Assembly: GCF_018350175.1 (NCBI RefSeq)
Contig: NC_058368.1
Span: forward strand, 88,910,001-88,974,000
Direction: 5' to 3'
Origin: Felis catus
Lineage: Eukaryota
DNA length: 64,000 nt
The notes under the pieces were generated by a model. The model searched no databases and had not been told where the DNA came from. It was given only the letters and a program-made list of their open reading frames with translations. The number at the start of each line of letters is the position of its first letter. The stretch's first letter is position 1. Position numbers and translations under genes: made by a program. Shown here piece by piece: positions 48,189 through 61,887 of this stretch.

Positions 48189-49460
48189 GACTGACACATT
48201 AATTATTTAGTAGCATGGTATTTAACCTCCATGTATCTATGGTTTTTGCAGATGTTTTCTTGTGGTTGACTTTCAGTTTCATAGTGCTGTTGTCAGAAAA
48301 GGTGCATGGAATGACTTCAGTCTTTTTGTATTTGTGAAGGTCCATTTTATGACCTAAAATGGGATATGTTCTGAGAATGTTTCATGTGCACTTGTAAAGA
48401 ATATGTATTCTGCTGTTTTAGGATGGAATGATCTCAATATATCCGTTAAGTCCATCTGGGCCAATAGGTCATTCAAAGCCATGTTTCCTTGTTTATTTTC
48501 TGTTTAGATGGTCTACCCATTGTTGTAAGTGGGGGGTTAAAGTCCCCTACTAGTATTGTATTCTTATCAATTAGTTCCTTCATTCATTAGTAAGTGTTTA
48601 ACGAATTTGGGTTGTCCTAAGTTGGGTCAATATATATTTACAAGTGTTGTATCTTCTTGTTGGATTGTTCCCTTTATTGTGATATAGTGACCTTTTTGTC
48701 TATTGTTACAGTCTTCGTTTTAAAGTCTATTTTGACTGATATAAGATTGCTATTCCAGCCTTCTTTTGATAACCATTTGCATGAAAAATGCTACCCCATC
48801 CTCTCATTTTCAATCTGTAGGTGACTTTAGGTCTAAAATGGGTCTCTTGTAGGCAGCATGTGGGTGGGTCTTGTCTTTTAATCCATTCTGCCTCCCTATG
48901 GCTTTAATGGATTAATTTAGCCCCTTTACATTCAAAGTCATTATTGATGGATACCATTTTATTACTTGTCTTGTGATTTTTTTGAAGATTTTCTCTGATC
49001 ATTTTCATGACATTATCTCTTTCATGTTTTCCTGATTTTCTTTAGTGATATGTTTGGATTCCGTTATGTTAATTCTTTGTGCATTATAGTGGTTTTTGAT
49101 ATTTGCCAACCTTTAGGTTTGTATATAACCTCTACTATATATAGCTCTCTACATTAAGTTGATCATAATTTGACTGAACCCCTTGTTTTCTCCTTTCCTC
49201 CACACGTTTGAGGTTTATGGTATATGTTTTCTATCCTTTTCTGTGAATTCTTTGAATGGTTTCTGTACAGAAAAATTCATTTCACTGCATTGTATTTTCT
49301 ACTGACACTTTTCATCTGTCAATTCCACTGAAAGAGTTCCTTTTAATATTTCTTGATATTCTGGTTTAGTCATCATGATCTGTTTAGTTTTTGGTAGTCT
49401 GAGAAACTCTCCTCATATTCTGAATGATACCAATGCTGTAGAGAGTATTCTTGACTACAG
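48189..49460 (-). mobile_element. Old L1 fragment (ORF1 3' end, inter-ORF region, ORF2 endonuclease)
   Basis: Antisense EN-domain sequence (ccattgttgtaagtggggggttaaagtccccta; ggtctaaaatgggtctcttgtaggcagc), heavily diverged. Confidence 0.85.
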
Positions 49461-52400
49461 AAGCTGACCCTAAGGCTGACCCTCACACTAACAAATTCTC
49501 TCAACTGAGCCCTCCAAGTAGGCCTTTACCATTTTTCATGCACTAACCCTAAGCCAAACCATGGCTCTGACCCTAATAGGGCTTGAATGGTAGCTCTGAG
49601 GAAACTATTTGTGACACATGACTGATGCCAGATGACTCGACCAGGGACAAAAAAGCTAATGGTGCCATTTTCAATGACCAAGAGGCAGCCAAAGAGTAGG
49701 ATTCTGAGCAAAATCCTAACCCTGGACCACACAAACTGCCTAGGCCTTGCACCTTGAACCAAAGCCAGTCACAAATCCTGACAGCTCAGCACTGTGAGCT
49801 GTCCTCAGCTCAGCACTCTGTGGGGAGTTGTTCACTGCTGGTGGATGGACCACTACCATCTTCCAGACCCTATGCCTAACCCTAAATATGACTCTGTTAC
49901 TACCAAGGCCTGGATCCCAGGTCTGACCAAAAAAGGAATTTGGAAAACAGAACTAACTCCAGATAACTCAAACAGGAATGGAGAAGGAAGTTCTGCTGTT
50001 TGCAATGACCAGGATGAAGCTCGAATGTAGGATTGTGAGCCAACACCTAAGACTAACCCTCACCATCACCCTAGCCCTGAACATTATCCATAAGCCTGAA
50101 CCTCACCCTAACACTTGCCCTCCCATCAGAACTTTGGGAAGTGCTACACACCAGTGCTGGACAGGCAACTACCATCTCCTGGTGCCTAAAGCTAACTGTA
50201 GCCATGGCCCTGGCTCTTTACAAGCCTGAATCTCAGGTTGGTGGTAACAACAGAAATGAGACACATGACTGATGCAAGGTTATTCAGTCCCAAGCAGAGA
50301 AAAAAAAATCATGCCTTTTGCAACAACCAGGATGGAACAAGAAAGTTTGGTTCTGAGAGAGAATCTTACCCTAACTCATACCATCATCATAGCCCCTGAA
50401 CATGACCCTCCCCCTAAAACTCACCCTCACCTCAGCCCTCCAGGGAAGGCTCTGCACTGCTGGTGAATAATCTATTATCATCTAATAGACTCTAACCTTA
50501 ACCCTAGCAATGGGTCTGGCCCTACCTGGTTCCAGAGTACAGATCTTTGGAAACCACAATTTGGGGACACAGAACTAATGTGAGTTTACTTGGCCATGTA
50601 TGTAGTAGAAGGAATCATTGCCATTTCCAATGACCAGATCAAGTGACAGAGTAGGATTCAGAGTGAAACCCTAACCATAATCCACACCAACAGCTTAGCC
50701 TCTGAATATAAACCTGAAGACTGACCTTCACTCTGGCCATCACCCTCTACTCAGTCCTCCAGGTAGGGCTTTTCCCTGCCAGCAGATAGGCCCCTACAAT
50801 TTCCTGGGCCCTAACCCTAATTCTAGCATTGTCACTGGTTCTAACTTGGCCAAAATCCTATGTATGGGAAAAAACCAATTTGGAATACATGACCACTGCA
50901 AGATTATTCAACCAGGAACACAGAAGGAATCCATGCTCTTGGCCATGACTGGGATGGAGCAAAAGAGTAGGATTCAGACAGATAATCTAACCAGACCGCA
51001 TACCATCAGCACAGCCCCTGCACCCTGGGCTGTACCTAGGTTGATCCTCACCCTAACCCTCATCCTCAAAGACCTCTATAGTGAGAGCATTGTGCCTTGC
51101 TGTAGGATAGGGACCTATTGTCTCCCGGGCCTTAACGCTAACCTTTCCTATGGATGTGGTCCTCCCAAGCCCACATTTCAAGTCTCAAGAAACAATGGAT
51201 TTGGGACACAAGACTGACTGAAGTTGATGCAGGCAGGGACACAGTGGCAAACTGTGCCATTGGGCATGAGGATGGAACTAGAAAGTATGATTTTGTGTGA
51301 AAACCTGACCTTAAGTCACACAATCCACCTAACTCATGAGGCCAAAAACTAAGCCTCACCCTTACCTTAGTGTTACCATCACCCGAGCTCTCTGTGATGG
51401 GCTTGGCACTGCTGGTGGATAGGCCCCTACTATTTTCTGGGTCCCAACACTAACCCTAGCCATAGGTCCATCTCGACCCAAGCCTGAATCACAAGATGAC
51501 AGAAACAGTGGATTTAGGACAAATAACTGACTCAAGATGGCTCAATTGGACGCATAAGAAGAAATGGTGCTGGTTACAAAGATCAGACCTGAAGCAGAAC
51601 CTAAGGCTGACCCTCACACTGACACTTAACATCAACTGAGCCCTCTGTGTACATCTTCGTACTTCCAGAAGATAAGCCTTTACCATTTTCCTTGCCCTAA
51701 CCATAACCCTAGCCACGGCCCTGAATGGGCCTGAATGCTAGATTTGAGGAAACAATGGATTCGGAACACATGACTGACCCAAGTTGCTCACCCAAGTCCA
51801 TAAGAGGAAATGGTGCCATTTGCAAAGACCATGATGGAGCCAGAGTGTATGATTCTGTGTGAAAACCCTATCCTAGGCCACATAATCAGCCTAGCCCTTT
51901 ACCCCAAACCAAACCCTGATGGACACTCAGGCTCAACTGAGCCCTCTGTGTAGGTCTTTGCACTGCCAGCAGATAGACCTTTGCAATTTTTCACAGCCTA
52001 ACCCTAATCCTAGCCATTGGGCTGGCCCTACTTGAGCCTGAGTGCTAGTTCCAAGGATACAACTGGATTGTGACACATGAATGATGCAAGATGACTTGGC
52101 TAGGAACAAAGATGGATACAATGTCACTTGTAAGGACCAGGATGCAAGGACTGGCATGCAGCCTTGAGAGCAGGATTCTAATCAAAATCCTAACTCTAGA
52201 CCACAAAGTCAGCCTAGCCCTTGAATTGAGACCAAAGCCTGTCACAAATCCTGATTTTTGCCCTCAATCCAGCCCTAGATGGAGGGTTCTGCATTGCTGA
52301 AAAATTGACCCCTACAAACTGCCAGGCCCTAACCCTAACCCTAGTCATGACTATCCCTATTCAGACGCGGATCTCAGGTCAGACCAAACAAGGAATTTGG

Positions 52401-52653
52401 GACACCAGACTGATACAAGTTTACTTAGGAATAGAAAAGGAAGTTGTGCTGTTTGCAACAACTGGGATGGAGCTGGAGCGAAGGATTGTGGGCAAATACC
52501 CAACCTTAACCCTCACCATCACCTTAGAGGCCTAGGAACACAATCCATAAGCCTCACCCTCACCTAACACTCGCCCTCAACTCAACCCTTCGGGGAGTGC
52601 TCTGCACTACTGGCAAAGAGGTCACTACCATCTCCTCGTCCCTAATGCTAACA
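49461..52653 (+). repeat. Diverged satellite, ~10 monomers of ~315 bp, rich in TAACCC-like hexamers
   Basis: An anchor motif like tttgggacacatgactga recurs at ~49605, 49935, 50255, 50560, 50878, 51197, 51510, 51757, 52065 and 52395. Many cctaaccctaa runs. Confidence 0.88.
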
Positions 52654-54732
52654 TTTGCAAACTAGTTTCTTCCTAGGTGTCATTCAGAGTGAGTATCTCA
52701 GAGAAATATACATTCCTTTAAGTTGGGAAATCTGGCCAAGTCCTGATGTCTCTGGCATAATTGGGACACAGGACCCATCATTATTTACCTTTGAGAAGTA
52801 TGCTGACAATGGGAGGCATAGGGTCTTCAAAAATACCCAGCAGAGTGTCCATGTGCAGGCAATGCCAGGGCTTAGGAGGGAGCTGGCCTTACTTCTGGAT
52901 GAAGGAGAAACTATATTAGACATCTCATTCCCAACTTTATCCTAATCTCCTCTGTAATGTAGAAGCTTGCCCTTCCTTATAACCCTTCCCACCCATTTTC
53001 TGTTTTCATAACTAGGTCATGGGTCACAACCAGGTGGAACTGGTCTGTCAGCCACACAGCTGCATCTAGGATTTGTGGTAAACTACCACTCTGGTCCTGT
53101 GCTATGTGAAAGCAATCAGTTCCTTCATCTCAAAGAAGAACGACCTTCCTGTCCATGAGCACCTGTTGCTTGTCTGGCAATGGTAATCCCCATCGTGGGT
53201 GGCCAGCTTCCCTCCCTCCCTGGCTGACTGAAATGTCTTCATCCTATAAGGCAGGTGGATCAGGCATGCACAGTAGACTTCAGGACAATTCAGCCCAAAA
53301 AAGCCCTTACAAGGAATACTGCACCATGACTTGGTGACAATACCTAAAGCACCAACAGGACCCCTAACCTGCTATCACTGAATCACTTCCCTTTCTATGT
53401 CCTGATGGGTAGGGAATACAAACGAGCCAAGGTCAGGAGGCTTCTTTCTCTTTCTTAAAGAAAAGTGCAAGCCTTTTGCCACATGGGCACCCAGGTGTAA
53501 GTAATGAATGCTTCTCTTTGCCCCTGCCCGCCGGTGTTTCTTACTATAGACAACTGCTAGCCTCTCAGGAGATGGTGCTAGGCATGTCCTTCTCAGCTTC
53601 ATCTTGCTCTCCTTTGTAATGAAACACTTTGGTCCCTTGCCTATTTATTTCCATCCTTTTGCTCCTTTCTTCAAACTAACATCTCTCTGGAGTCCATTCA
53701 GATTCAGTGTCTCAGAGCACTATCTTCCAATTTAAACTGGGGCCTCTGGCTGAGTGCTGGTGACTCAGGCATAGATTGGTAACAGGACCTCTTGTAACTT
53801 CCTATGAGAACTCTGTTCCCAATGAGAGGTGTAGGGCATATGAAGGTGCCAAGATGGATATGGATAGATGTGGGTAGGTACTCATGAAAGTTTGGAAAGG
53901 GACTGGCCTTACACATGGAGCAAGGAGAAATGAAGGTAGATAAACGTGGCTAGCATAACTCATTACCATCAGTAATGTAGAGACTTGGCATCCCTTGTAG
54001 CCATTCCCACCAATTTGCAATTTTCTAAGTCTTGGGTCATATTCAGGGACAACTGGGCCGTTACTCACTTCACACAAGCAGAACCCAAAGATTGGTGCTA
54101 AACTGCCACTGTGGTCCATTGCTATGTGAGAGCAAACACTAACTTCAAATCAAGGGAAGGATGGCCTTCTTTCACTGAGTGCTTTGCGCTTGGCCAGCTC
54201 TGCTTAAATGGAGTAAAGGGAAGACATGCCTTCATTCTGTATCAAACATGATTCCCATATGCACACTATTCTTCAGACCTGGTGAACACAGAAAAGGCCC
54301 TTTGAAGAACTACTGTATCAGGTCCAGGTTCCAAACACTTGATAACCATCTGGGAGCAGGACACCCTTGCCTCTATATCAATGGTGCATTTATTTCCTGA
54401 TGGGAGGGACAGGAAAAATCGCCAAATACAGCTTTTCCTGTTTGTTAATGAAAATACGGAACTCCTGCAAATTTTCACTCTCATGTACAAGCAATAGAGG
54501 TTTCCTTTTCCACCAGCTCTCAGGATTTCTTTTCTGCCCAGACAGCCAGCCTGCCAGGAGACAGAAGTAGGCACTGAATTCTAACTTTAGCCCATTGTCT
54601 TCTGTAATGAACAGCTTTTGTCTTCCAGGTGCCTATTTGCATTTTATAGTTCTATTTTTCAAACTAGGTTCTACCCGGGAGCCATTCAGAGCAAGAGCCT
54701 CAGAAGAATGCACTTTGTTTAAACTAGAACAT

Positions 54733-57700
54733 TGCAAGGTTTTTATTAAGAAAGGATGTTGAATTTTGTCAAATGCTTTTTCTGCATAGACAGGATCATA
54801 TGGTTCTTTTCTTTTCTTAATATGATGTATCACATTGATTGATTTCCGAGTGTTGAACCAGCCCTGCAACCCAGGAATGAATCCCACTTGATCATGGTGA
54901 ATAATTCTTTTTATATGCTGTTGAATATGATTTGCTAGTATCTTACTAAGAATTTTTGCATCCACATTCATCAGGGATATTGGCCTGTAGTTCTCTTTTT
55001 TTACTGGGTCTCTGTCTGGTTTGAGAATCAAAGTCATGCTGGCTTCATAGAATGAGTCTGGAAGTTTTCTTTCCCTATGTTTTGGAACAGCTTGAGAAGA
55101 GTAGGTATTATCTCTGCATTAAATGTCTGGTAGAATTCCCTAGGGAAGCCATATGGTCCTGGAGTCTTATTTGTTGGAGATTTTTGATAACTGATTCCAT
55201 TTCTTCGCTGGTTATGGGTCTGTTCAAGTTTGCTATTTCTTCCTGTTTGAGTTTTGGAAGTGTATGGGTGCTTAGGAATTTGTCCATTTCTTCCAGGTTG
55301 TCCAGTTTGTTGGCGTATAATTTTTCATAGTATTCCCTGATGATCACTTGTATTTCTGAGGCACTGGTTGTAATAATTCCATTTTCATTCATGATTTTAT
55401 CTATTTAGGTCATCTCCTTTTTCTTTTTGAGAAGCCTGGCTAGAGGTTTATCAATTTTGTTTATTTTTTCAAAAAAACAACTCTGGGTTTCATTGATCTG
55501 CTCCAGTTTTTTTAGATTCTGTATGGTTTATTTCTGCTCTGGTCTTTATTATTTCTCTTCTTCTGCTGGGTTTGGGGTGTCTTCTGTTCTGCTTCTAGTT
55601 CCTTTAGGTGTGCTGTTAGATTTTGTATTTGGGATTTTTCTTGTTTCTTGAGATAGGCCTGGATTGCAATGTATTTTCCTCTCAGGACGGCCTTTGCTGC
55701 ATCCCAAAGCGTTTGGATTGTTGTATTTTCATTTTCGTTTGTTTCCATATATTTTTTTTAATTTCTTCTCTAATTTCCTGGTTGACCCATTCATTCTTTA
55801 GTAGGGTGTTCTTTAACCTCCATGCCTTTGGAGGTTTTCCAGACTTTTTCCTGTGGTTGATTTCAAGTTTCATAGCATTGTGGTCTGAAAGTGTGCATGG
55901 TATGATCTTAATTCTTTTATATTTATTTAAGGGCTGTTTTGTGACCCAGTATGTGATCCATCTTGGAGAATGTTCTGTGTGCACTCGAGAAGAAAGTATA
56001 TTCTGTTGCTTTGGGATTCAGAGTTCTAAATATATCTGTCAGGTCCATCTGATCCAATGTCTCATTCAGGGCCCTTGTTTCTTTATTGATTCTGTTAGAT
56101 GATCTGTCCATTGTTGTAAGTGGAGTATTAAGGTCCCCTGAAATTACCACATTCTTATCAATAAGGTTGCTTACGTTTGTGATTGTTTTATATAATTGGG
56201 GACTCCCATACTTGGCGCCTAGACATTTATAATTGTTAGCTCTTCCTGAGGGATAGACCCTGTAATTATTATATAATGCCCTTCTTCATCTCGTGTTACA
56301 GACTTTAATTTAAAGTCTAGTTTGTCTGATATAAGTAGGACTACTCCAGTTTTCTTTTGACTTCCAGTAGCATGATAGATAGTTCTCCATCCCCTCACTT
56401 TCAATCTGAAGGTGTCCTCAGGTCTAAAATGAGTCTCTTGTAGACAGCAAATAGATGGGTCTTGGTTTTTTTATCCATTCTGATACCCTATGTCTTTTGG
56501 TTGGAGCATATAGTCCATTTACATTCGGTGTTATTGAAAGATATGGGTTCAGAGTTATTGTGATGTCTGTAGATTTCATGCTTGTAGTGATATCTGTTAC
56601 TTTGTAGTCTTTGCAACATTTAACTCACAGAATCCCCCTTAGGATCTCTTGTAGAGCTGGTTTAGTGGTGATGAATTCCTTCAGTTTTTGTGTTTGGGTA
56701 AATCTTTATCTCTCCTTCCATTCTGAATGTTAGACTTGCTGGATAAAGGATTCTTGGCTGCATATTTTTTTTATGTTCATCACATTGAAGATTTCCTGCC
56801 ATTCCTTTCTGGCCTGCCAAGTTCAGTAGATAGGTCTGCTACTACTTTTATGTGTCTGCCTTTGTAAGTTAGAGTCTGTTTATCCCTAGCTGCTTTTAGA
56901 ATTTTCTCTTTATCCTTATATTTTATCAGTTTCACTATGATATGTTGTGGAGAAAATTGATTCAAGTTATGTCTGAAGGGAGTTTTCTGTGCCTCTTGGA
57001 TTTCAGTGCCTTTTTCCTTCCCCAGATCAGGGAAGTTCTTAGCTATGATTTAAGTACACCTTCAGCCCATTTCTCTCTCTCTTCCTCTTCAGAATTCCTA
57101 TGATACGGATATTGTTGTGCTTGATTGCATCACTTAGTTGTCTAATTCTGCCCTCATACTCCTGGATTTTTTTATCTCTCTTTTCTCAGCTTCCTCTTTT
57201 TCCATAATTTGTCTCCTAGTTCACCTATTCTCTCCTCTGCCTCTTCAATCTGTGCTATGGCCGTCTCCATTTTTTTTTTTTGCACCTCATTTATAGCATT
57301 TTTTAGTTCCTCATGACTATTTCTTAGTCCCTTCATCTCTGTAGCAATAGATTCTATGCTGTCTTCTATACTTTTTTCAAGCCCAGGAATTAATTTTATT
57401 ACTATTATTCTAAATTCTTGTGTCTTATATTACTGAAATCAGTTATGATCAATCCGTTAGCTGTCTCTACTTCCTGGAGTTCCTTTTGAGGAGAATTCTT
57501 CCATTTTGTCGATTTAGCTAGTTTTCTGTCCCTTATGCATTTTAAAAGCTTGGGTGCTCTGTACCTGTGAGCACTGCTATATTAATGGAGGGTATACACT
57601 GTCCAGAGCCTGACCCTTCAGAAGGTGTTTTTTAAGGGGTTGTTACTTGCTCTCTTTTGTTGTGACTTTGGTTATTTTATTACCCTACTCGTAGTAGTAT

Positions 57701-59349
57701 TTTGTACCCTCCACCAGGTGTGCTTTGATTTGTTCTTTGCAGTAGTCCTGTAAAGGAGAACAGATAGACAAACAGGAGACAAAATACACAAACACACAAG
57801 TAAATAACACAAAAAAATAAACAAAAACAACCTAAAGAGTAAAAAGAAAAAACCCAAAACACTGACTACAAGTAAAGAAGAGAGTGGGGGGTGGTGCTGA
57901 AAGAAGAGCACATACAAAGGGAGAAATGACAGGAGTGGGGAGGGGGGAGAAAAAATAAATGTTGATTAGGCAGAGAGACTAAAAGGCTTAATCCAGAGAG
58001 AGACAGGAAAATAAAGCAGGGGGTGGGGAAAACAAAACCAAGATAAAATACCCAGGCAGAGAAACTATATGGCTTGATTATTCCTGAGAGAGAGAAAGGA
58101 GTGTAAAGAAAGAGGTAGAGAACATGTATCAAGACAATGGATTAAATATGTCTCTTTAGACAGACCAATAACCAGAGTAACTAGACTAGGGGAGGGAAGA
58201 GATAAGGAGGAGAAATGGGGGGGGGGGGTGGAGAATATATCTTTGTATCCAGAATTGACCTAGAGTTAATCCAGGCAATGCTGCATCACTTGTAGGTAAT
58301 AGCTGTCCGCAGGGTCTGTGCTGCTCTGGTGGATACGCAGTTACCCAGTGCAAAGGGGGCATGGTTTGGTGTAATATGAACCCACCTCCTCTGTGGGCCC
58401 AGGAGTGATCCCAGAGGCCTTGTCTTGGCAGTGGTGGGGGCGGGGGAGGGGAAAATGGTGATTCCCTAGTCTCTTCTCCACGGAGCAGGACCCGGTGGAC
58501 TCCTTCAGAGTGGCCCTCACTGTGCAGCAGGCATAGATGGGCAGTACTTCTCTATCAGCCAACTCCCCCGACCCTGGGCTTGGCTAGGATTCAAAGTCCC
58601 ACTTTATGCGCTCTGCCGCTGTGGAAGCACCTCTCAGTGCAGTGATATGTGGTCCCGGCTGCTTTGTCTGTGTCACTGAACTTCAGGGAGGACTGTCTAC
58701 TGCACACTGAGCCACTGCCCTGGCGGCCGTGAGCCCCCAGGGTGGTGGATGTAGGCAGGCTTTATCTTTTCCCACAGCATGCCAGGGAAACGACCACATT
58801 ATCCTCCTGCAGACTGCGGCCTAGGCCCAGCCACTGCACCCAAGGGTGGCAGATGCAGACAAGTTCTGTGCTATCATGCATCCCTCTAGGGACGGAACTG
58901 CTTTCTCCAGCTGCAGACTGAGCCTCTGACCTACCACCACAGCCAGGCCTGGCTCCCCTCCTCCCCAGGTTCGTGAACAGGGACCCGGCCCCAGTCCAAA
59001 GAAAGCCCCGCAGTTAGAGATCAGATCCTTCTAAGTCTCAGTCCGAGGTCTTTCTTTTGTCCAGCTATGGTCCTGCACTTCCCTAGCCGCTCTTTCTCTT
59101 CCCTTCGTCTCTCCCTAGAAGGGGATCCCTCCCCTCTGTGACCATGCGGCCTTTTTTCTTTTTATCTCCCCCAGTTCGCAGTTAAGTACCTATCTTTTTT
59201 CCAGCTTTCCCATTTTCTTCCTAGTAGATTCAGTCTCTTTTCCTCCCAGGCTCTGGTGTTCAAAGTCTTTTGGCTTCTACACTTCTTTGTTTGAGAGACA
59301 CAGGATGTATGGATCCCCCTATTTCTCTGCCATGTTGGCCCCTCCTCCC
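54733..59349 (-). mobile_element. Felid L1 with intact 5' end, 3'-truncated in the RT domain
   Basis: The minus-strand start reads gggaggaggggccaacatggc. ~1.8-kb 5'UTR, ORF1 (~56630-57510), and ORF2 breaking off at [15 protein letters not shown]. Confidence 0.93.
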
Positions 59350-60493
59350 TGGAGACCATCTTTCAACTACATCTTGTTTCACCAAGAAGGGTTTGAAAAC
59401 CTGTGGGATCTTATGCGGATAGTGCCACACACTCAACTCTGTCAAACTGCCCTTTGGGGAAACCATTTTTCAAATAACATCTTGTATCACTGAGTTATAA
59501 GTGTTTGAAAACCTATGTGGGGCACGATGTGGAAAATGACATGTACTTGATACTCTGAAACAACCCTGTGGAGGAACCATCTTTCAACTAACATCTTGTT
59601 TGACTAAGTTAGAAGAGCTTGAAAGCATATGCAGACGTATATGATAAGTGCTATATACTCGACTATGTGAAACAACACGGTGGGGAAAACACCATTCAAC
59701 TAACATCTCCTTACTCTAAGTTAGAAGAGGTTGAACAATGATGGGAGACCCATACTGAAAGTGCCACATATTCACCTTTGTGAAACTGCACATTGGGTAA
59801 ACCATCTTTCAAGTAACATCTTGTATCACTAAGTTGGAATTATTTGAAATTTTATGCAGAGAACGATGTGGAAAGTGACATTTACTCCACCCTGTGAAGG
59901 AATACTGTGGAGAAACCATCTTTCAACTAACATCTTGATTCACAAAGGTAGAACCATTTGAAAACATATGTGGGGTCAACGCAGAAAGTGCGATATACTC
60001 AATTCTGTGAAACAACACTGTGTGGAAAACATTTTTCAACTAACATCTTATTTCACTAAGTTAGAAGTGTTTGAAAACCTATGGTGGCTTAAGCAGAAAG
60101 TGCCCTATACTCAATTATGTGAAAAAACACTGTGGTGAAACAATCTTTCTACTTATATCTTCTTTCACTAAATGAAAACTGTTTGAAAACTATGTGGAAC
60201 CTACAAGGTAAGTGCCATATAGTCAACAATGTGAAAGAACACTCTGGGGAGCCATATTTTAACTAACATCTAGTTTCACTCTGGTACAAGTTCTTGAAAA
60301 CCTATGCAGGGACTTTATGTAAAGTTCCATATCCTCAACTGTCAAACTTCACTTTGGGGAAACCATCTTTCAACTAACATCTTGTATCACTAAGTTAGAA
60401 GTGTTTGAAAACCTATGCAGGGCCTATGTGGAAAGTGACATATACTCAACCCTGTCAAACTGCACTTTGGGGAAACCATCTTTCAACTAACAT
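59350..60493 (+). repeat. Tandem array of ~112-bp monomers, ~10 copies
   Basis: gaaaccatctttcaactaacatctt recurs at ~59352, 59460, 59574, 59686, 59798, 59911, 60025, 60137, 60248, 60359 and 60471. Confidence 0.93.
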
Positions 60494-61782
60494 ACAACCA
60501 TGCAACACACGAATTACACAAACCAAACATATATCACACATATCACAATACACAACACAAATACAAAACATTTATGACAAACACACTACACATGACCACA
60601 TGTACACTTCTCTCGAGACACTTATAACACACATACACGCACACCCTGCCCATTCCACACACGTTGCCCTCTGCTTTAGCCACATTCATACTAAATACAC
60701 ACCTACATCACACATATATCATCTACAAATACATTGCATACACCATATATATATCACACACTCACCATGCATGTGCCACAAACACATCCAACACAGATCA
60801 CACATGCCCCACACACCTACAGTTATAACCCTCACACAGGATTACCACACTCAACACATATATAGCACACAATTTCCAAACAAACCACACATACACCCTC
60901 CACATAGACACCACACACCCCAAACCTACACCACATATACAGAAGGCAGATGTCAACTCCTCTACCCATCAACTACAAAGACACCACACACACTGCACAT
61001 ATAGACACAAATGTGACACATATACCACACAGCTACACCACTCTTACACCGAACACACAGCAACAGATAGTACAAACACACACCTCACATAACCCGTGAA
61101 TACCACACAAACACCTCACCCAGTCACAACATACACACCACTTACACATCACACAGATATCTTCCACACACTATTTACTACACATAATACACATATCACA
61201 CACTCACACATATATACACACCCTACACACATATGCCACACAAACACACTCCATATATACACCACATACATGCCAAACATATACCACACACAACACACAT
61301 ATACTACACAGACACCACATCTACAATAAGCACACCATGAGAATCCATACATCTATGATATATAGACACCATGCACACCACACACACCACACTTATACTG
61401 CACAAACTCCACCCATATGCTACACCACAAAACCACACATGCACCACGTACAAAACACACATGCCGTACAAAGACCATACACGAACATACATTCTATGTG
61501 GAGCATACATACATGACATATATAGTAAAATCACAACATATATACACTTAAAGACCACACAGAAAGACACATACATCACCTACAAACCATCGACACACCA
61601 TACACGCACATCACATTCACCACACAAATGCAGTACACAGAAACAAACCACATATACAACATACATGCCATCCATACAGAACAGGATCATGCACTCAATC
61701 ACAACTACTCCCAACATACACCACAAACACCACACACACCACACATATACCTCTCAATACACCCACCAGACGCCACCCACAC
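60494..61782. repeat. CA-rich low-complexity tract (degenerate (CA)n/(CACAT)n)
   Basis: ~1.3 kb dominated by C/A, with very few G on the + strand. Confidence 0.9.
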
Positions 61783-61887
61783 CTTGTGGTTTACTGCCTG
61801 AAATGACACTACTCAAGTGTCTTTCATGTAGCCTTTCACATACATCTCATAGACAGTTTGTTGAAACATTCTTTATTAGTGTGTGTT

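Noticed and set aside
49461..52653. Canonical FA-SAT or a true interstitial telomere
   Set aside because: The period is ~315 bp rather than 483 bp, and the hexamers are short and degenerate. A distant relationship to FA-SAT is not excluded.
59350..60493. CRISPR-like regular repeats
   Set aside because: The whole 112-bp unit is repeated with no unique spacers, there are no cas genes, and the DNA is mammalian.
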